From: Bdellovibrionales bacterium
Lineage (GTDB): Bacteria > Bdellovibrionota > Bdellovibrionia > Bdellovibrionales > UBA1609
NCBI GenBank assembly: GCA_965205945.1
Contig: CBDBIB010000003.1
Span: 384,394 to 448,393, forward strand
Direction: 5' to 3'
DNA: 64,000 nucleotides
This document shows positions 19,458 to 29,701 of the stretch, piece after piece. Within the stretch, counting starts at the first letter, position 1. Every line of letters starts with the position of its first letter. The notes under the pieces were generated by a model. The model saw nothing but the letters and a program-made list of their open reading frames with translations. It did no database searches and was not told where the DNA came from. The position numbers and the translations under genes were made by a program.

Positions 19458-19652
19458 ACTTATTCAGGATCTAAGCCCTGAATAAATAGAAGATCACCTA
19501 TTTGACAAACTGTTATTGAGGAAAAGATATATTGTTAAGACTGTTTTGTCAGCATTAACAGCATATTGTCTGCGCCCTTTTAAACCATCAATTTATATTC
19601 AAACCCACAAAAATAGAATGTTACAGCAGATTTAAAAAGTTCGAATTCGGGT
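19458..19652 (+). mobile_element. Highly deleted IS982 derivative (about 195 bp, MITE-like)
   Basis: Sub-terminal left sequence (cacttattcaggatctaagccctgaataaatagaagatcacc) joined to LFDKLLLRKRYIVKT, then LSALTAYCLRP, then right IR aaaaagttcgaattcgggt. All parts are homologous to 28209-29105. Confidence 0.85.
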
Positions 19653-20590
19653 TAACTAAAAAAATAATTACCTCCAAAAGCTAAGCTTACGCTAATAACA
19701 AGACCAATACAGGCTTTTCCTAAATCACTAAAAATATCTGTAGTCGTGAGTTTTACTTGTTTGTGCCTAAGCATAAGACTTAATATCAGTTCTCTTCCAG
19801 CAATGGTGCCTAAGAAAACCCATGTGGTACTCATAGGAAGATTATTGACGCTTTTAAAGTAGAAAAGAATTAGACCGTAAGAAAGGTCAATTAAAGTTGC
19901 AGACCTAATGTCTATAGTATTGGTTTTAACAAGAACAATTTCTTGGATTTTTCCACCCCTTTCTTTAACCATAAACGCTAGTAAGGCTAGTAACCAAGCC
20001 AAGGATAGGCCAACAAGCCAAGGAGGAACGTCTCTAGGGACAAAAACGTAAATATTTGCAAGGTCTTGCATCAGCCATTGAGCCCATAAAAATCCAGTAG
20101 AAAGCCACTGGGCTACTGTCCACAACGGATGAATCTTAGAGTCATCTTTATTATTCAAAATATGTTTTTCAAAGTTATATATTAAAAGCCAGATTATAAA
20201 AGTTGCACCAAAAGCAACTCCATAGCCAACAAGGGATTTTATAATAATTTTTTGTAAAACAATTGAACCTGTAAAAATACTTAATGCCATAAAGGTTGTA
20301 CTTACAGGAATTCCAAAACGAGTTAAAAAAAGTAGGGTGATTATGGGAAGAGTGTGCCACCACTGTACAGTTTGCATGGGGATTTTACTAAGACGCCCAT
20401 AAGAAATATCGCCTCCGTTTATATACCAGCCATAAAGAAGAACGCAGGTAAGAATAGCGCCTAAATAACCCCAAATTATCCACCAAGACCTTTTTTTATT
20501 TGAAGATAGAAATGTTCCCACTGTCTGAATAGAATCATTTCCAATTACTGCATAACAGGCTAAAGAAAAGCCAATAATCATCCATAACAT
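19652..20590 (-). CDS. Multi-pass membrane protein, putative phosphate-transporter-like (PiT/PHO4-related)
   Basis: About 9-10 TM helices. GNDSIQT, GIPVSTT, QDLAN and LPMSTT resemble the duplicated PiT signatures. Confidence 0.55.
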   Translation of the reverse strand: MLWMIIGFSLACYAVIGNDSIQTVGTFLSSNKKRSWWIIWGYLGAILTCVLLYGWYINGGDISYGRLSKIPMQTVQWWHTLPIITLLFLTRFGIPVSTTFMALSIFTGSIVLQKIIIKSLVGYGVAFGATFIIWLLIYNFEKHILNNKDDSKIHPLWTVAQWLSTGFLWAQWLMQDLANIYVFVPRDVPPWLVGLSLAWLLALLAFMVKERGGKIQEIVLVKTNTIDIRSATLIDLSYGLILFYFKSVNNLPMSTTWVFLGTIAGRELILSLMLRHKQVKLTTTDIFSDLGKACIGLVISVSLAFGGNYFFS

Positions 20591-20704
20591 AATTTAAACT
20601 CCAATCTAGGTTGAAAAATTAGTGTTTTGAATATTAAAATCTAGGGGTTTAAAGGTTTAGTCAATAGGTTATAAAAAATCTAAAGAAATAAAAACAATTC
20701 ACAA

Positions 20705-20737
20705 AAAAAAAGCAGAAGTTTAAACTTCTGCTTTTTT
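20705..20737. terminator. Intrinsic (bidirectional) terminator
   Basis: aaaaaagcagaagtt-ta-aacttctgctttttt inverted repeat with A/T tails, just downstream of 20763..21194 (-). Confidence 0.85.
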
Positions 20738-20762
20738 AAATACAACAGTTAAGGTAAAATGC

Positions 20763-21194
20763 TTACTCACAGCTAAAACCAGGGCTTTCTAGATTAGCTT
20801 TGATTTTATTTTGTACCCTAGAGCAGTACTCAATTTCATAATTTGCAACGGCAACGGTCTTATCAACGCCAAATTTATTGTAAACCACGCCGCACCCTCT
20901 AGGGTCACCATCTAAAATAGTAATCATTCTAACATCATTACCATTTGTGCAGGTTATTTTAGAACTTTCAGTTCCTGAATAAGCGCCAAAAGAGCTTGTG
21001 TTTGAAGTTTTTTTAACCGTAGTTGGTTTTGGATCTTGTGCCTTATTTTTAAGACCTTCAGCAATTTCTTCAAGGGCAATTTTTTCTTGATCAGCTAAGG
21101 TTTGAGTAGAGTCTTTAGATTGATTGATATTTTTTTCTCCAGATGAACATCCCCAAAGTCCCAAAATAACAAGTGATAAAAGTAAATTTTTCAT
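20763..21194 (-). CDS. Hypothetical lipoprotein (4-Cys C-terminal domain)
   Basis: Lipobox LWGC, strong AAGGAGG SD, own terminator. Confidence 0.8.
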   Translation of the reverse strand: MKNLLLSLVILGLWGCSSGEKNINQSKDSTQTLADQEKIALEEIAEGLKNKAQDPKPTTVKKTSNTSSFGAYSGTESSKITCTNGNDVRMITILDGDPRGCGVVYNKFGVDKTVAVANYEIEYCSRVQNKIKANLESPGFSCE

Positions 21195-21268
21195 TTAATC
21201 CTCCTTTAAAAAATTTTACTTATAAAGTTAACAACACCAAGTAAAATTAAGCAAAGAATTTTAAAAAG

Positions 21269-23611
21269 TTAGCCAGACCCGCCTAAATAACAAGCTATAC
21301 CCTGTGCTGTAATTTTTTTAATTTCTTCCTCTAAAGGAGAGGCCGCCCCTTTTTTAAGCATTCGTATTTGATGAGCGTGAAGGTAGTTTACAAATTCGTC
21401 GTTAGAGTTAGATGATTTAGCTATTAAAGAAAGTTTTTCCTTAATAGATCTAAGGTCTTTTTGAACATCAAGAATTTTATTTTCAAAGTACTTATGAAAA
21501 ATATTAGAGTCAGTGAGTGCAACACCAATAGAAATGGATTTTAGAAAGTTTGCGATAAATTTAGATTTTCGTTTTAATTCTAACAATTCAAGTTCTAAGC
21601 CTTGAAGGCCATACCAGACAGGAAGTATTCCTCGTGTTTGTGACCATGAAAAAACCCAAGGTATGGCTCGATAACTACTAACTCCAGAGGTGTTTGAGAT
21701 TCTTTTTGCTGGGCGAGAGCCTAAGTTCATTTTATTTATTATAGATATTGGGGATTTTTGAGCAAAAGCAGTTGAAAAATTGGTATCTTCATAAAACTTT
21801 TTGTAAAATTTTTGTTCAGATTTTAAGGCAAGGCTATTAATTTTTTTTTCAATGTTTTTTGAAAGAATTTGCTCAGTTTTAAAATAATTTATACAACATT
21901 CTTTTAAAGTTTTTTCCAATGTTTGTACAGCTCTTAAGAAAAGACCAAAGTCATCTTGGATGACTTCTCCTTGAAACGTTTGTCTAAAATGATTCCCCAC
22001 AAGTTTAGCTGGCATTAAGCTAAAGGAGTCTTTAATACTTCCACCGCCTCGAGCAATAGAACCCCCTCTGCCATGGAAGTGAACAAGGCTAGGGTTTAAT
22101 TTCATGGCTTTAATCTGTGCGTTGTAAACAGACCATGCCGATGCTAAACGTCCACCTTTTTTTGTAGAGTCTGAATACCCCCACATCACCTGCTTTAGTT
22201 TAATGCCTTCTTTTTGAATATTTTTAATAATATTTGTGGAGTTTCTAATATCATCAGGAGTTTCAAAAAGAGGAACTATTGGGAGTTTTTTAATTCCTGC
22301 AATTTTAAATAAAGTTTCAAGGTTTTTAATATCGTTTACTGATCGGGTCATAGAGATAATATAACAGTTAAATGGATTTGGTGAAAAATCACTAGAAAGC
22401 TTAAGCGTTTTAAAAAAATCTTGTCCAAGGGGAGAGATCTTTTTAAAATCTAGAGTCTTTACTTTTTGAATATTAAGTTTATTTTTACAACCGGTTAAAG
22501 AGCAAAGCTCTTGAATAATTTGAGTGTGAACCTGTGAATCTTGTCTTAAATCAAGTTTAAACGGCGATAAAGAAAAGGCTTTAATACGGTCGATTAAGCT
22601 TCGAAGTCTTCTGTCGGCAACTCTTTTTCCACCATCTTTACAGAGTAAAGAATAGGCTAATTCAAGTCTTTTAAGTACGTACTTTTCAAGTCCTAAGATA
22701 TTGTTAGTTTTTTGATTTTTTAAGGTGTTTTGGATTTTTTCAACAAGGTCTATAAAAAGGCTTTTATAAGGAAAAGTGGTATTTTTATAAAGTTTTTTAA
22801 ATTCAGGTTGAGAGCTTTTAATAAGCACTTCCTCTCTTAAACAATAAAGTTCTAGTAGAATAAGTCTAAGAATCTTTCTACGGCTTTTAGTAATAATATT
22901 ATAAGTAGCCTTGGATGTGACAAAAGGGTTGCCGTCTTTATCCCCTCCAATCCAAGAGCTAAATTTAATATTTGGGTATTTTTTAGGAGCAGTGTTAAAA
23001 CGCTTTTTGTATTCAAAGTAATAACGTCTAAAAAAATATGGATTAGCTTTCCATAGTGAAGCTTCAAAAACATAAAATAGTCTATTGGCTTCATCTTCAG
23101 GAGAAGGGTTTACTCGATAGAGCTTGTCGGTTAGCCATAGTGTTGTTAGGCTAGCTTTAAGAGCCTGTAAGTGTCGATATCTTCGTTCTGGAGTTTTTGC
23201 TGCATAAAACTTTTCTAAAAGCATTTCAATGCGATTTAAATTCTTTAAAATAGATAAGGGAAAAACTTCAGTAGGGTGCGTTGTAAAAACCACCTCTAAA
23301 GTAAACTTTTCTATAAATTTATCAAAATCTTTTTTAGAAGAAAAATTAGAAGATAAAAAAAGTTTTGTATAGGGGTTTATAGTCATAGTTTTTTTATTTT
23401 TTGGAAAGGTCTCTGTAAACCGTTTTGCGCAGTTGTAAAGTTCAAGACACATAGTGCTAAACTTTACAAATTTAAGGGTGCTTTTTGAAGGCACCGTTTC
23501 ATCAAAAATTAAGAGATCTAAAGGGTTTTTAAAATTTTTAAATGCTGGATCAGTTTCTTTAACGATCTTAAAAAATTCACTAATAAGAAATTGACCTATT
23601 TCTGTAGACAT
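21269..23611 (-). CDS. ppc: Phosphoenolpyruvate carboxylase (short, divergent)
   Basis: VFTTHPTE, SWIGGDKDGNP, PLFET, GYSDSTK, FHGRGGSIARGG, GSRPAKR, RAIPWVFSWSQTR. Confidence 0.92.
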   Translation of the reverse strand: MSTEIGQFLISEFFKIVKETDPAFKNFKNPLDLLIFDETVPSKSTLKFVKFSTMCLELYNCAKRFTETFPKNKKTMTINPYTKLFLSSNFSSKKDFDKFIEKFTLEVVFTTHPTEVFPLSILKNLNRIEMLLEKFYAAKTPERRYRHLQALKASLTTLWLTDKLYRVNPSPEDEANRLFYVFEASLWKANPYFFRRYYFEYKKRFNTAPKKYPNIKFSSWIGGDKDGNPFVTSKATYNIITKSRRKILRLILLELYCLREEVLIKSSQPEFKKLYKNTTFPYKSLFIDLVEKIQNTLKNQKTNNILGLEKYVLKRLELAYSLLCKDGGKRVADRRLRSLIDRIKAFSLSPFKLDLRQDSQVHTQIIQELCSLTGCKNKLNIQKVKTLDFKKISPLGQDFFKTLKLSSDFSPNPFNCYIISMTRSVNDIKNLETLFKIAGIKKLPIVPLFETPDDIRNSTNIIKNIQKEGIKLKQVMWGYSDSTKKGGRLASAWSVYNAQIKAMKLNPSLVHFHGRGGSIARGGGSIKDSFSLMPAKLVGNHFRQTFQGEVIQDDFGLFLRAVQTLEKTLKECCINYFKTEQILSKNIEKKINSLALKSEQKFYKKFYEDTNFSTAFAQKSPISIINKMNLGSRPAKRISNTSGVSSYRAIPWVFSWSQTRGILPVWYGLQGLELELLELKRKSKFIANFLKSISIGVALTDSNIFHKYFENKILDVQKDLRSIKEKLSLIAKSSNSNDEFVNYLHAHQIRMLKKGAASPLEEEIKKITAQGIACYLGGSG

Positions 23612-26421
23612 TAAGGCTTAAAATCCTCTACAAGAAGACATGTACAAAACAAATTGCGATCTCCAAAAGCGTTATCAACTCTGCCTACAGCAGGGAAAAA
23701 TTTATTTTTTTTAAGAAATTTTATGGGAAAACCAGCTTTTTTTCTTGAATAAGTGTATGGCCATTCATCTGACATTAAAAGGTTTTTAGAGTGAGGAGCG
23801 TTTCTTAAAACGCTATCTTCGATTTTAAAAGTTTTAGACGCAACTTCATTTATTTCTTTAGCAATAGAAATCAAGCTATTACAAAAACGATCAATTTCAG
23901 CTTTAGACTCACTTTCTGTAGGTTCAATCATTAAAGTTCCAGCTACGGGCCAAGACATTGTAGGCGCATGGAATCCATAGTCTATGAGTCGTTTTGCAAT
24001 GTCATCAACGGTGACTCCAAAATCTTTAAAAGGTCTAGTGTCAATGATACACTCATGGGCTACATGAGAGTTCTTACCTGTATATAAAATTTTAAAATGA
24101 GGTGAGAGTTTTTTTGCAATATAATTTGCATTTAAAATAGCTTGTTGGGTTGCAAGCTTTAACCCCTTAGACCCCATCATTTTAATGTAAGCCCATGAGA
24201 TAGGAAGAATACTAGCGCTACCAAATTCTGCTGCAGATACAGATTGTGCATCATCAATACTTTGTTCTGGAGCTTTAGGAAGGTAGGGGATTAATTTATT
24301 TACAACACCAATAGGTCCCACACCAGGACCACCGCCGCCATGAGGAATACAAAATGTTTTATGAAGGTTTAAGTGAACAACATCCATACCAAGTTCTACA
24401 GGTTTTAAAAGCCCAATAAGAGCATTCATATTAGCTCCATCCATATAAACTAGACCGCCAGCACTATGAATCATTGAGCAAACCTCTTTGATGTTTTCTT
24501 CAAAAACTCCGTGAGTAGAGGGGTAGGTGACCATAAAGGCACCTAAAGTATCTTTGTATATCTTAATTTTTTCTTGAAGATCTTTTGCATCAATATTTCC
24601 ATTGTCATTGGTTTTAATAACAACAACTTTAAACCCTGCCATTACAGCACTGGCAGGATTAGTACCGTGAGCAGAGGCTGGAATTAAACAAATATTGCGA
24701 TTCATATGGTTGTTTGCCTCATGATAGGACTTTATAGCAAGCAATCCGGCATATTCACCTTGAGCACCTGAATTTGGTTGAAATGAAAATTTAGAGAATC
24801 CTGTTATTTTACACAAGTCACTATTGATTTCATTGATTAAAGTTAAATAGCCAGGAAGTTGTTTATGTGGAGTGTGAGGGTGAATATTTGAAAAACCATC
24901 ATAAGTTACAGGAATCATCTCTGTTGTGGCGTTTAGCTTCATTGTACAAGAACCAAGAGGAATCATTCCATGGACTAAAGAAAAGTCTTTATTCTCTAAT
25001 CTTTTTATATACCTTATAAACTCTGTTTCAGTATGATAGTTATTAAAAACAGGGTGAGCAAGGATGGGAGACAGTCTTAAATCTGTAGCTTGAGTGGTAG
25101 TGGAGTCAGAAAGCTCTAGTATAGATAATATTTTAGTAACAAAAGCATCATCCCAAGTCTCATCTACAGAAAACCCCCAAGACTCTTTATTGTCTACACG
25201 TATATTCACATTATGTTTTTGAAACAGTGCTTTGGCATCTTTAGAGGGGCCATTAACAGTAATGGTATCAAAAATATCAGTGTCTATAATAGGCAGGCCT
25301 TTTTGTTTCATTAAGCTTTTAAGTTTTAGAGTTGTAGTTTTAATAGCTAAGGCAATTTTTTTAAGGCGAGCTGGCCCATGATAAACAGCATACATACCGG
25401 CCATTACAGCAAGTAAAACTTGTGCTGTACAGATGTTGCTGGTTGCTTTTTCACGCCTAATATGCTGCTCTCTGGTTTGAAGGGCTAAACGGTAGGCCGG
25501 CTCTCCTTGGGCATCTTTTGAAAGGCCAATAATTCTTCCAGGGAGTAGTCGTTTATATAGGTTTTTTGTGGCAATAAAGCCTGCATGCGGTCCTCCAAAA
25601 CCTAATGGAACTCCAAATCTTTGAGAGTTTCCAACCGCTATATCAGCGCCTTGTTCGCTTAAAGAAGAGTGTATGGTTGAGAATAAAAGATCTGTTGCTC
25701 CAATACAGACGGTGTTAATAGACTTTGCATAAGTAAAAATACTTTTAAGATTTAAAATCTTTCCATAACGATTAGGGCTTTGAGCAACCACTGCAAAAGT
25801 AGAGTCTTGATCTAAAAAACTTGATAGTTTAGACTCTAAGCAAATAACTTTAACCTTTACTCCAAGGTGCTTCATTCGTGTTTTTAAAACAGAAAGAGAT
25901 TGAGGGTAGATATTTTTATCAACGAGTAGAATTTTTTTTGCACTTTTTTTCTTACAGATATTTAAAGCCATAAAAGAAGCTTCACTTAAAGCTGTTGCTT
26001 CATCTAATAAAGATGAGTTTGCAATCTGCATTCCTGTTAGATCGCACACCATTGTTTGAAAATTGATTAAAGCCTCTAAGCGTCCTTGTGAAATTTCGGC
26101 TTGATAAGGAGTATAGGCTGTGTACCAACCTGGATTTTGAAAAATATTTCTTAAAATAGGAGAAGGCGTGTGAGTGTTAAAGTATCCAGATCCGATTATA
26201 CTTTTATAAGTTTTATTGCTTAAGGCTAGAGTCTTTGCTTTTTTTAAAAGTTGAGCTTCTGTAAGAGCTTGAAAAAAATCTTTAGGTTTAAATTCTGATA
26301 GTATGACCTTAGGAACAGCAGCATTCATAAACTCATCTAAGCTTTTATATCCAAGTTCTTTTAAAATTTCTGTAGTATCCTTGTCAGAGTTACCATTGTG
26401 ACGCTTTACAAATTGGGACAT
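23611..26421 (-). CDS. gcvP: Glycine dehydrogenase (decarboxylating), P protein
   Basis: WYTAYTPYQAEISQGRLE, QHIRREKATSNICTAQ, MIPLGSCTMKLN, HLNLHKTFCIPHGGGGPG. Confidence 0.98.
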   Translation of the reverse strand: MSQFVKRHNGNSDKDTTEILKELGYKSLDEFMNAAVPKVILSEFKPKDFFQALTEAQLLKKAKTLALSNKTYKSIIGSGYFNTHTPSPILRNIFQNPGWYTAYTPYQAEISQGRLEALINFQTMVCDLTGMQIANSSLLDEATALSEASFMALNICKKKSAKKILLVDKNIYPQSLSVLKTRMKHLGVKVKVICLESKLSSFLDQDSTFAVVAQSPNRYGKILNLKSIFTYAKSINTVCIGATDLLFSTIHSSLSEQGADIAVGNSQRFGVPLGFGGPHAGFIATKNLYKRLLPGRIIGLSKDAQGEPAYRLALQTREQHIRREKATSNICTAQVLLAVMAGMYAVYHGPARLKKIALAIKTTTLKLKSLMKQKGLPIIDTDIFDTITVNGPSKDAKALFQKHNVNIRVDNKESWGFSVDETWDDAFVTKILSILELSDSTTTQATDLRLSPILAHPVFNNYHTETEFIRYIKRLENKDFSLVHGMIPLGSCTMKLNATTEMIPVTYDGFSNIHPHTPHKQLPGYLTLINEINSDLCKITGFSKFSFQPNSGAQGEYAGLLAIKSYHEANNHMNRNICLIPASAHGTNPASAVMAGFKVVVIKTNDNGNIDAKDLQEKIKIYKDTLGAFMVTYPSTHGVFEENIKEVCSMIHSAGGLVYMDGANMNALIGLLKPVELGMDVVHLNLHKTFCIPHGGGGPGVGPIGVVNKLIPYLPKAPEQSIDDAQSVSAAEFGSASILPISWAYIKMMGSKGLKLATQQAILNANYIAKKLSPHFKILYTGKNSHVAHECIIDTRPFKDFGVTVDDIAKRLIDYGFHAPTMSWPVAGTLMIEPTESESKAEIDRFCNSLISIAKEINEVASKTFKIEDSVLRNAPHSKNLLMSDEWPYTYSRKKAGFPIKFLKKNKFFPAVGRVDNAFGDRNLFCTCLLVEDFKP

Positions 26422-26606
26422 AATAAAGACCTTTATTTTTATTAGATTTTATATCTTTATTCATATTGAATTTATATCTTAAAATCAACAAACGAGGTTT
26501 TTGTATCTGGATGAAGAAGCTAGATGAAACTTTTTAAATTAAGGGGGAGCTTTGTGGGAGCCTTTAAACTAGACTTTAGTAACGTTAAGTATTTACAAAG
26601 TTAAAA

Positions 26607-26623
26607 TGGCGTTCTCTACGGGA
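26607..26623 (-). repeat. att-site copy of the tRNA-Glu 3' end (distal island boundary)
   Basis: tggcgttctctacggga vs tggcgttccctacggga at 33201-33217 (16/17). Confidence 0.85.
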
Positions 26624-27082
26624 ATAAAAAGCCGTTTCTCGACAAAAGTACTCCAAATAAAATTTGTTGTAAAGAGAGCTGTAAAACACTGTTTTCATAG
26701 GGAAAATCGTCTCCTTTACACCAAAGATCACTAAAGACACCACGAGACACGGAAAGAGATGATAGTGGCCCACTCTGTATCATATTGCGGGCCGAGAATT
26801 TGGCGAAAAGGGCCCAAGGCCTTGTTAGTGGTGCCGATTTATTGGGGGGCTTTTAGAAGTGAAACAGACTGCGACAGACTGCCTTTTTTGGACACAAACT
26901 TTTAGAAGCTAAAGTTTTAGAGAAACTAAAGGTCTTTTGACTTAGAGGGTGTCCGTAATATCCTCTGAAATTACAATCAAAATCAAAGAGTATGACATTT
27001 TTGGAATGCCTGATCGTGTTTATTGCAATCAAGATTTTGTGCAAATTTTATGGGAGATCTACTAAGAGTCAGAAAGTATAAA

Positions 27083-27604
27083 TCAGAGAAAATGTATAGG
27101 GGGTTTGGTTGAAACCCTTAAGACTTTAATGAGTTTAACTATATCCTCTTTATTGAGTTTTCCAGATTGTCTAAATATTTCATTACCATTTTTATCAAAT
27201 GCAAAAATATCATTTCCAGAGGGTTTAAAATTTAAAGATTTATGAAGATAGCGTTTTTTGTCTTTTAAATAAATTGTTCTTGGGTATTTTCTCTGTTTCT
27301 TTTTAAGCGCTCTTTTTATAAACCTATTAGGAACCCAAGAGCTTTTAAAATCAATGACAGCTACTGAGGCAAAAGCACTATCTTCAAATTTTTCAGCTCG
27401 TAGTTTTTCTGAAACATCATTGTTTAAGTCTTTATATTTAGGGCTAACGTAGAATAAAATATAAGACTTTCCTTCCAGAATGGAGGAGTTCCAGTCTTTG
27501 CCATCTAAACTCCCAGATTCTAAAAACCAGGAAAAGGCAAAAGATGGAAGCAGTAGCAGGAGGAAAAGTAGAGTTTTCATGCTTGGATCCTTTCGTTCTA
27601 ACAT
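27083..27604 (-). CDS. YtfJ-family exported protein
   Basis: Signal peptide from MKTLLFLLLLLPSFAFS; DGKDWNSS.LEGK..ILFYV.P...DLN, SVAVID...SWVPN. Confidence 0.65.
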   Translation of the reverse strand: MLERKDPSMKTLLFLLLLLPSFAFSWFLESGSLDGKDWNSSILEGKSYILFYVSPKYKDLNNDVSEKLRAEKFEDSAFASVAVIDFKSSWVPNRFIKRALKKKQRKYPRTIYLKDKKRYLHKSLNFKPSGNDIFAFDKNGNEIFRQSGKLNKEDIVKLIKVLRVSTKPPIHFL

Positions 27605-27724
27605 TAAATATTAACTCTGAGTAACTGTCTATACTAGTTTCATTGAAATTTTAAAATGAAGTTCTTTTCTTTTGAAAAAAGCTATACTTGCTTAATAAGT
27701 TCTACACCATCCATGGCAGAAAAG

Positions 27725-27900
27725 GGAGTTTTTTAATAAGCCCATCTCACGCATGTATTTAGCCACAGTGTTTTCACTGATCAAAACCTCTTTAATTTTG
27801 AGTTCAGCATAAATTCTAGGGGATCCACAAGTTTGCTTTGAAGATCTAAAAATAGATCTGATCTCTTTACAGATTTCAGTTTTAGAGTTCAGACGAGATG
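27725..27900 (-). pseudogene. IS3-family transposase OrfB fragment (HTH region)
   Basis: Manual translation EICKEIRSIFRSSKQTCGSPRIYAELKIKEVLISENTVAKYMREMGL matches the IS3 OrfB (Y)GSPRI..EL motif. Confidence 0.8.
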
Positions 27901-28208
27901 TGGACTCACTCCTACGATCTGATAATTTTTTCCTGTGATTTTCTAAAAATTAATACAATTTTAGGACTTTTAGCTAGTTTTAAGTTGTTATTTTATAAGG
28001 CCCTATTTCAAAAACGCTTTGTTTTTAGAAGTCAAGTTCATGTAAGTGCCTAATAATACGTAAGGCTTGGATTTAAAAAGGGCTATATTTCATTTATATA
28101 GTTGTATATTTCGCTACAATGATCTAGGAAGTTACTTTAGAAGTGGATAGTATATTAGAATTAAAGGAGTGGACTGATTAGTCCGAGAAGGAAACTATGT
28201 CTAAAGTA

Positions 28209-29105
28209 ACCCGAGTTCGAACTTTTTTCAGGACCTAAGTGCTGGATAAATAAAAGATCATCCCAGCCTTTTGTAAGATTTAGTTGTTTTTTACTGATTT
28301 GCAAAAAGGAGCCGGGAATGATCGAAGAAAATCAAATTATAGAAGTTTTTACTCTTGTTGACGACTTTATTTTAGGGTTAAACAAAGAACAGTCCAAACT
28401 CATAAATTTCTAAAACCTTATTTCCCAAAACTCTTGTCCTACAATAGGTTTGTAGAACTTAAAAAATCTTCAGCACCTCAAATTCTCATTTTTTTACACT
28501 CACTTATGCAATCAAATATTTGCACAGGAATATCTGTTGTAGACTCCAGCCCCATTGTTGTTTGTAATAACAAAAGAATCAGTCGTCACAAAACCTTTAA
28601 AGGACTTGCAAAACGTGGGAAATCAACAATGGGCTGGTTCTTTGGTTTTAAAGTTCACATAGTCATTTCTCACAAAGGGGAGCTCTTAAGTTTTACCATA
28701 ACCCCAGGAAATGTTCATGATACAAAGCCTGTAGAGGGTTTAGCTGAAAATATTTTTGCAAAATTGTTTGGAGACAAAGGATATATATCTCAAAAGCTAT
28801 TTGAAAAATTGATGAGTAAAGGGGTTCAAGTCATAACAAATCTTAAATCCAATATGAAAAATAAGTTTGTTCCTCTTTTTGATAAACTACTCCTGAGGAA
28901 AAGGTACATTGTTGAAACTGCTTTTGGGATTTTAAAGGAGGAATTTCATCTTGAACACTCAAGACACCGAAGCCCAAAAAACTTTGTGGTAAATTTACTT
29001 TCGGCACTAACGGCGTACTGTTTGCGTCCAAGAAAACCCTCCATTAGACTTTGAAGTACTTGAAGAAAGGCTGCTTCAGTAGGTTTAGAAAGTCCGAACT
29101 CGGGT
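28209..29105 (+). mobile_element. IS982-family insertion sequence with broken transposase
   Basis: IRs acccgagttcgaact / acccgagttcggact (reverse complement). Transposase start MIEENQIIEVFTLVDDF at 28318 hits a stop after an apparent internal deletion. 28434-29054 has SYNRFVEL, VDSSPI.VC.NKRI, GWFFGFKVH, GDKGYIS, LRKRYIVET. No target duplication seen. Confidence 0.93.
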
Positions 29106-29253
29106 TTCCTAAGAGCTCATTAGGGGTCTTAAACCATAGCATAGTTTTATTCTGATCTTGAAAATAATTACCGATAAGATTTATTGTTTCACTTCTATGT
29201 TTGAATTGGTCTTTCATTAAGGATTTTAGACACTCTTGATTATCAGGGCTATA

Positions 29254-29701
29254 ATGTCAATTAAGGATATCTTTGCAATTAGAGACAGGTCAGTGGCTTG
29301 GATCTCTTATAAGAATAAAAAAAGCTAAGTCTTGCCCTTGGGCTTCTGATGAGAATGAGATGATTAAAAAGACTGTTATACGTAGGGCTTATAAGTCATG
29401 GCCTTTAACAAATACAAAAAGAGAGCGTTTTGACAATGCTATTGAAGTCACTCAAGAAGACCATGAAATCATTGATGTAAACGCACAAGAGCAGGAAGAG
29501 ATCGAGTCAGTGTCTATTGAGAATTTACTAGAAATGATAAAGGTTCTTGAAAGAACTGAAGAGCAGACAGCCGAGTATGCAGCTAGAGTTTTTGAAAGAA
29601 AGATTGAAAAATTATCAGACTTATTAGCTGAAGAAGTTGAACAGCTAGAAACTATTTTGTCGGTGCCATACAACAAAAAGCTAGAGGGGGGGGCAAGATG
29701 A
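29254..29701 (+). pseudogene. recT: Phage RecT-family recombinase, C-terminal fragment, frameshifted
   Basis: MSIKDIFAIRDRSVAWISY (29254), then a frame switch in an A-run to CPWASDENEMIKKTVIRRAYKSWP, the RecT PW....EM..KTV.RR..K..P motif. Confidence 0.8.

Noticed and set aside
26422..26606. Glycine riboswitch upstream of gcvP
   Set aside because: No recognisable aptamer motifs; the region is AT-rich and better explained as an integrase/att relic.
26585..27044. Small ORFs or a structured ncRNA at the island left end
   Set aside because: No protein motifs and no convincing extended pairing by eye; would need an Infernal/Rfam search.
28119..28208. Possible IS3-type left end or gene start interrupted by IS982, with a ggactgattagtcc near-palindrome
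   Set aside because: Too short, with no matching partner end identified.
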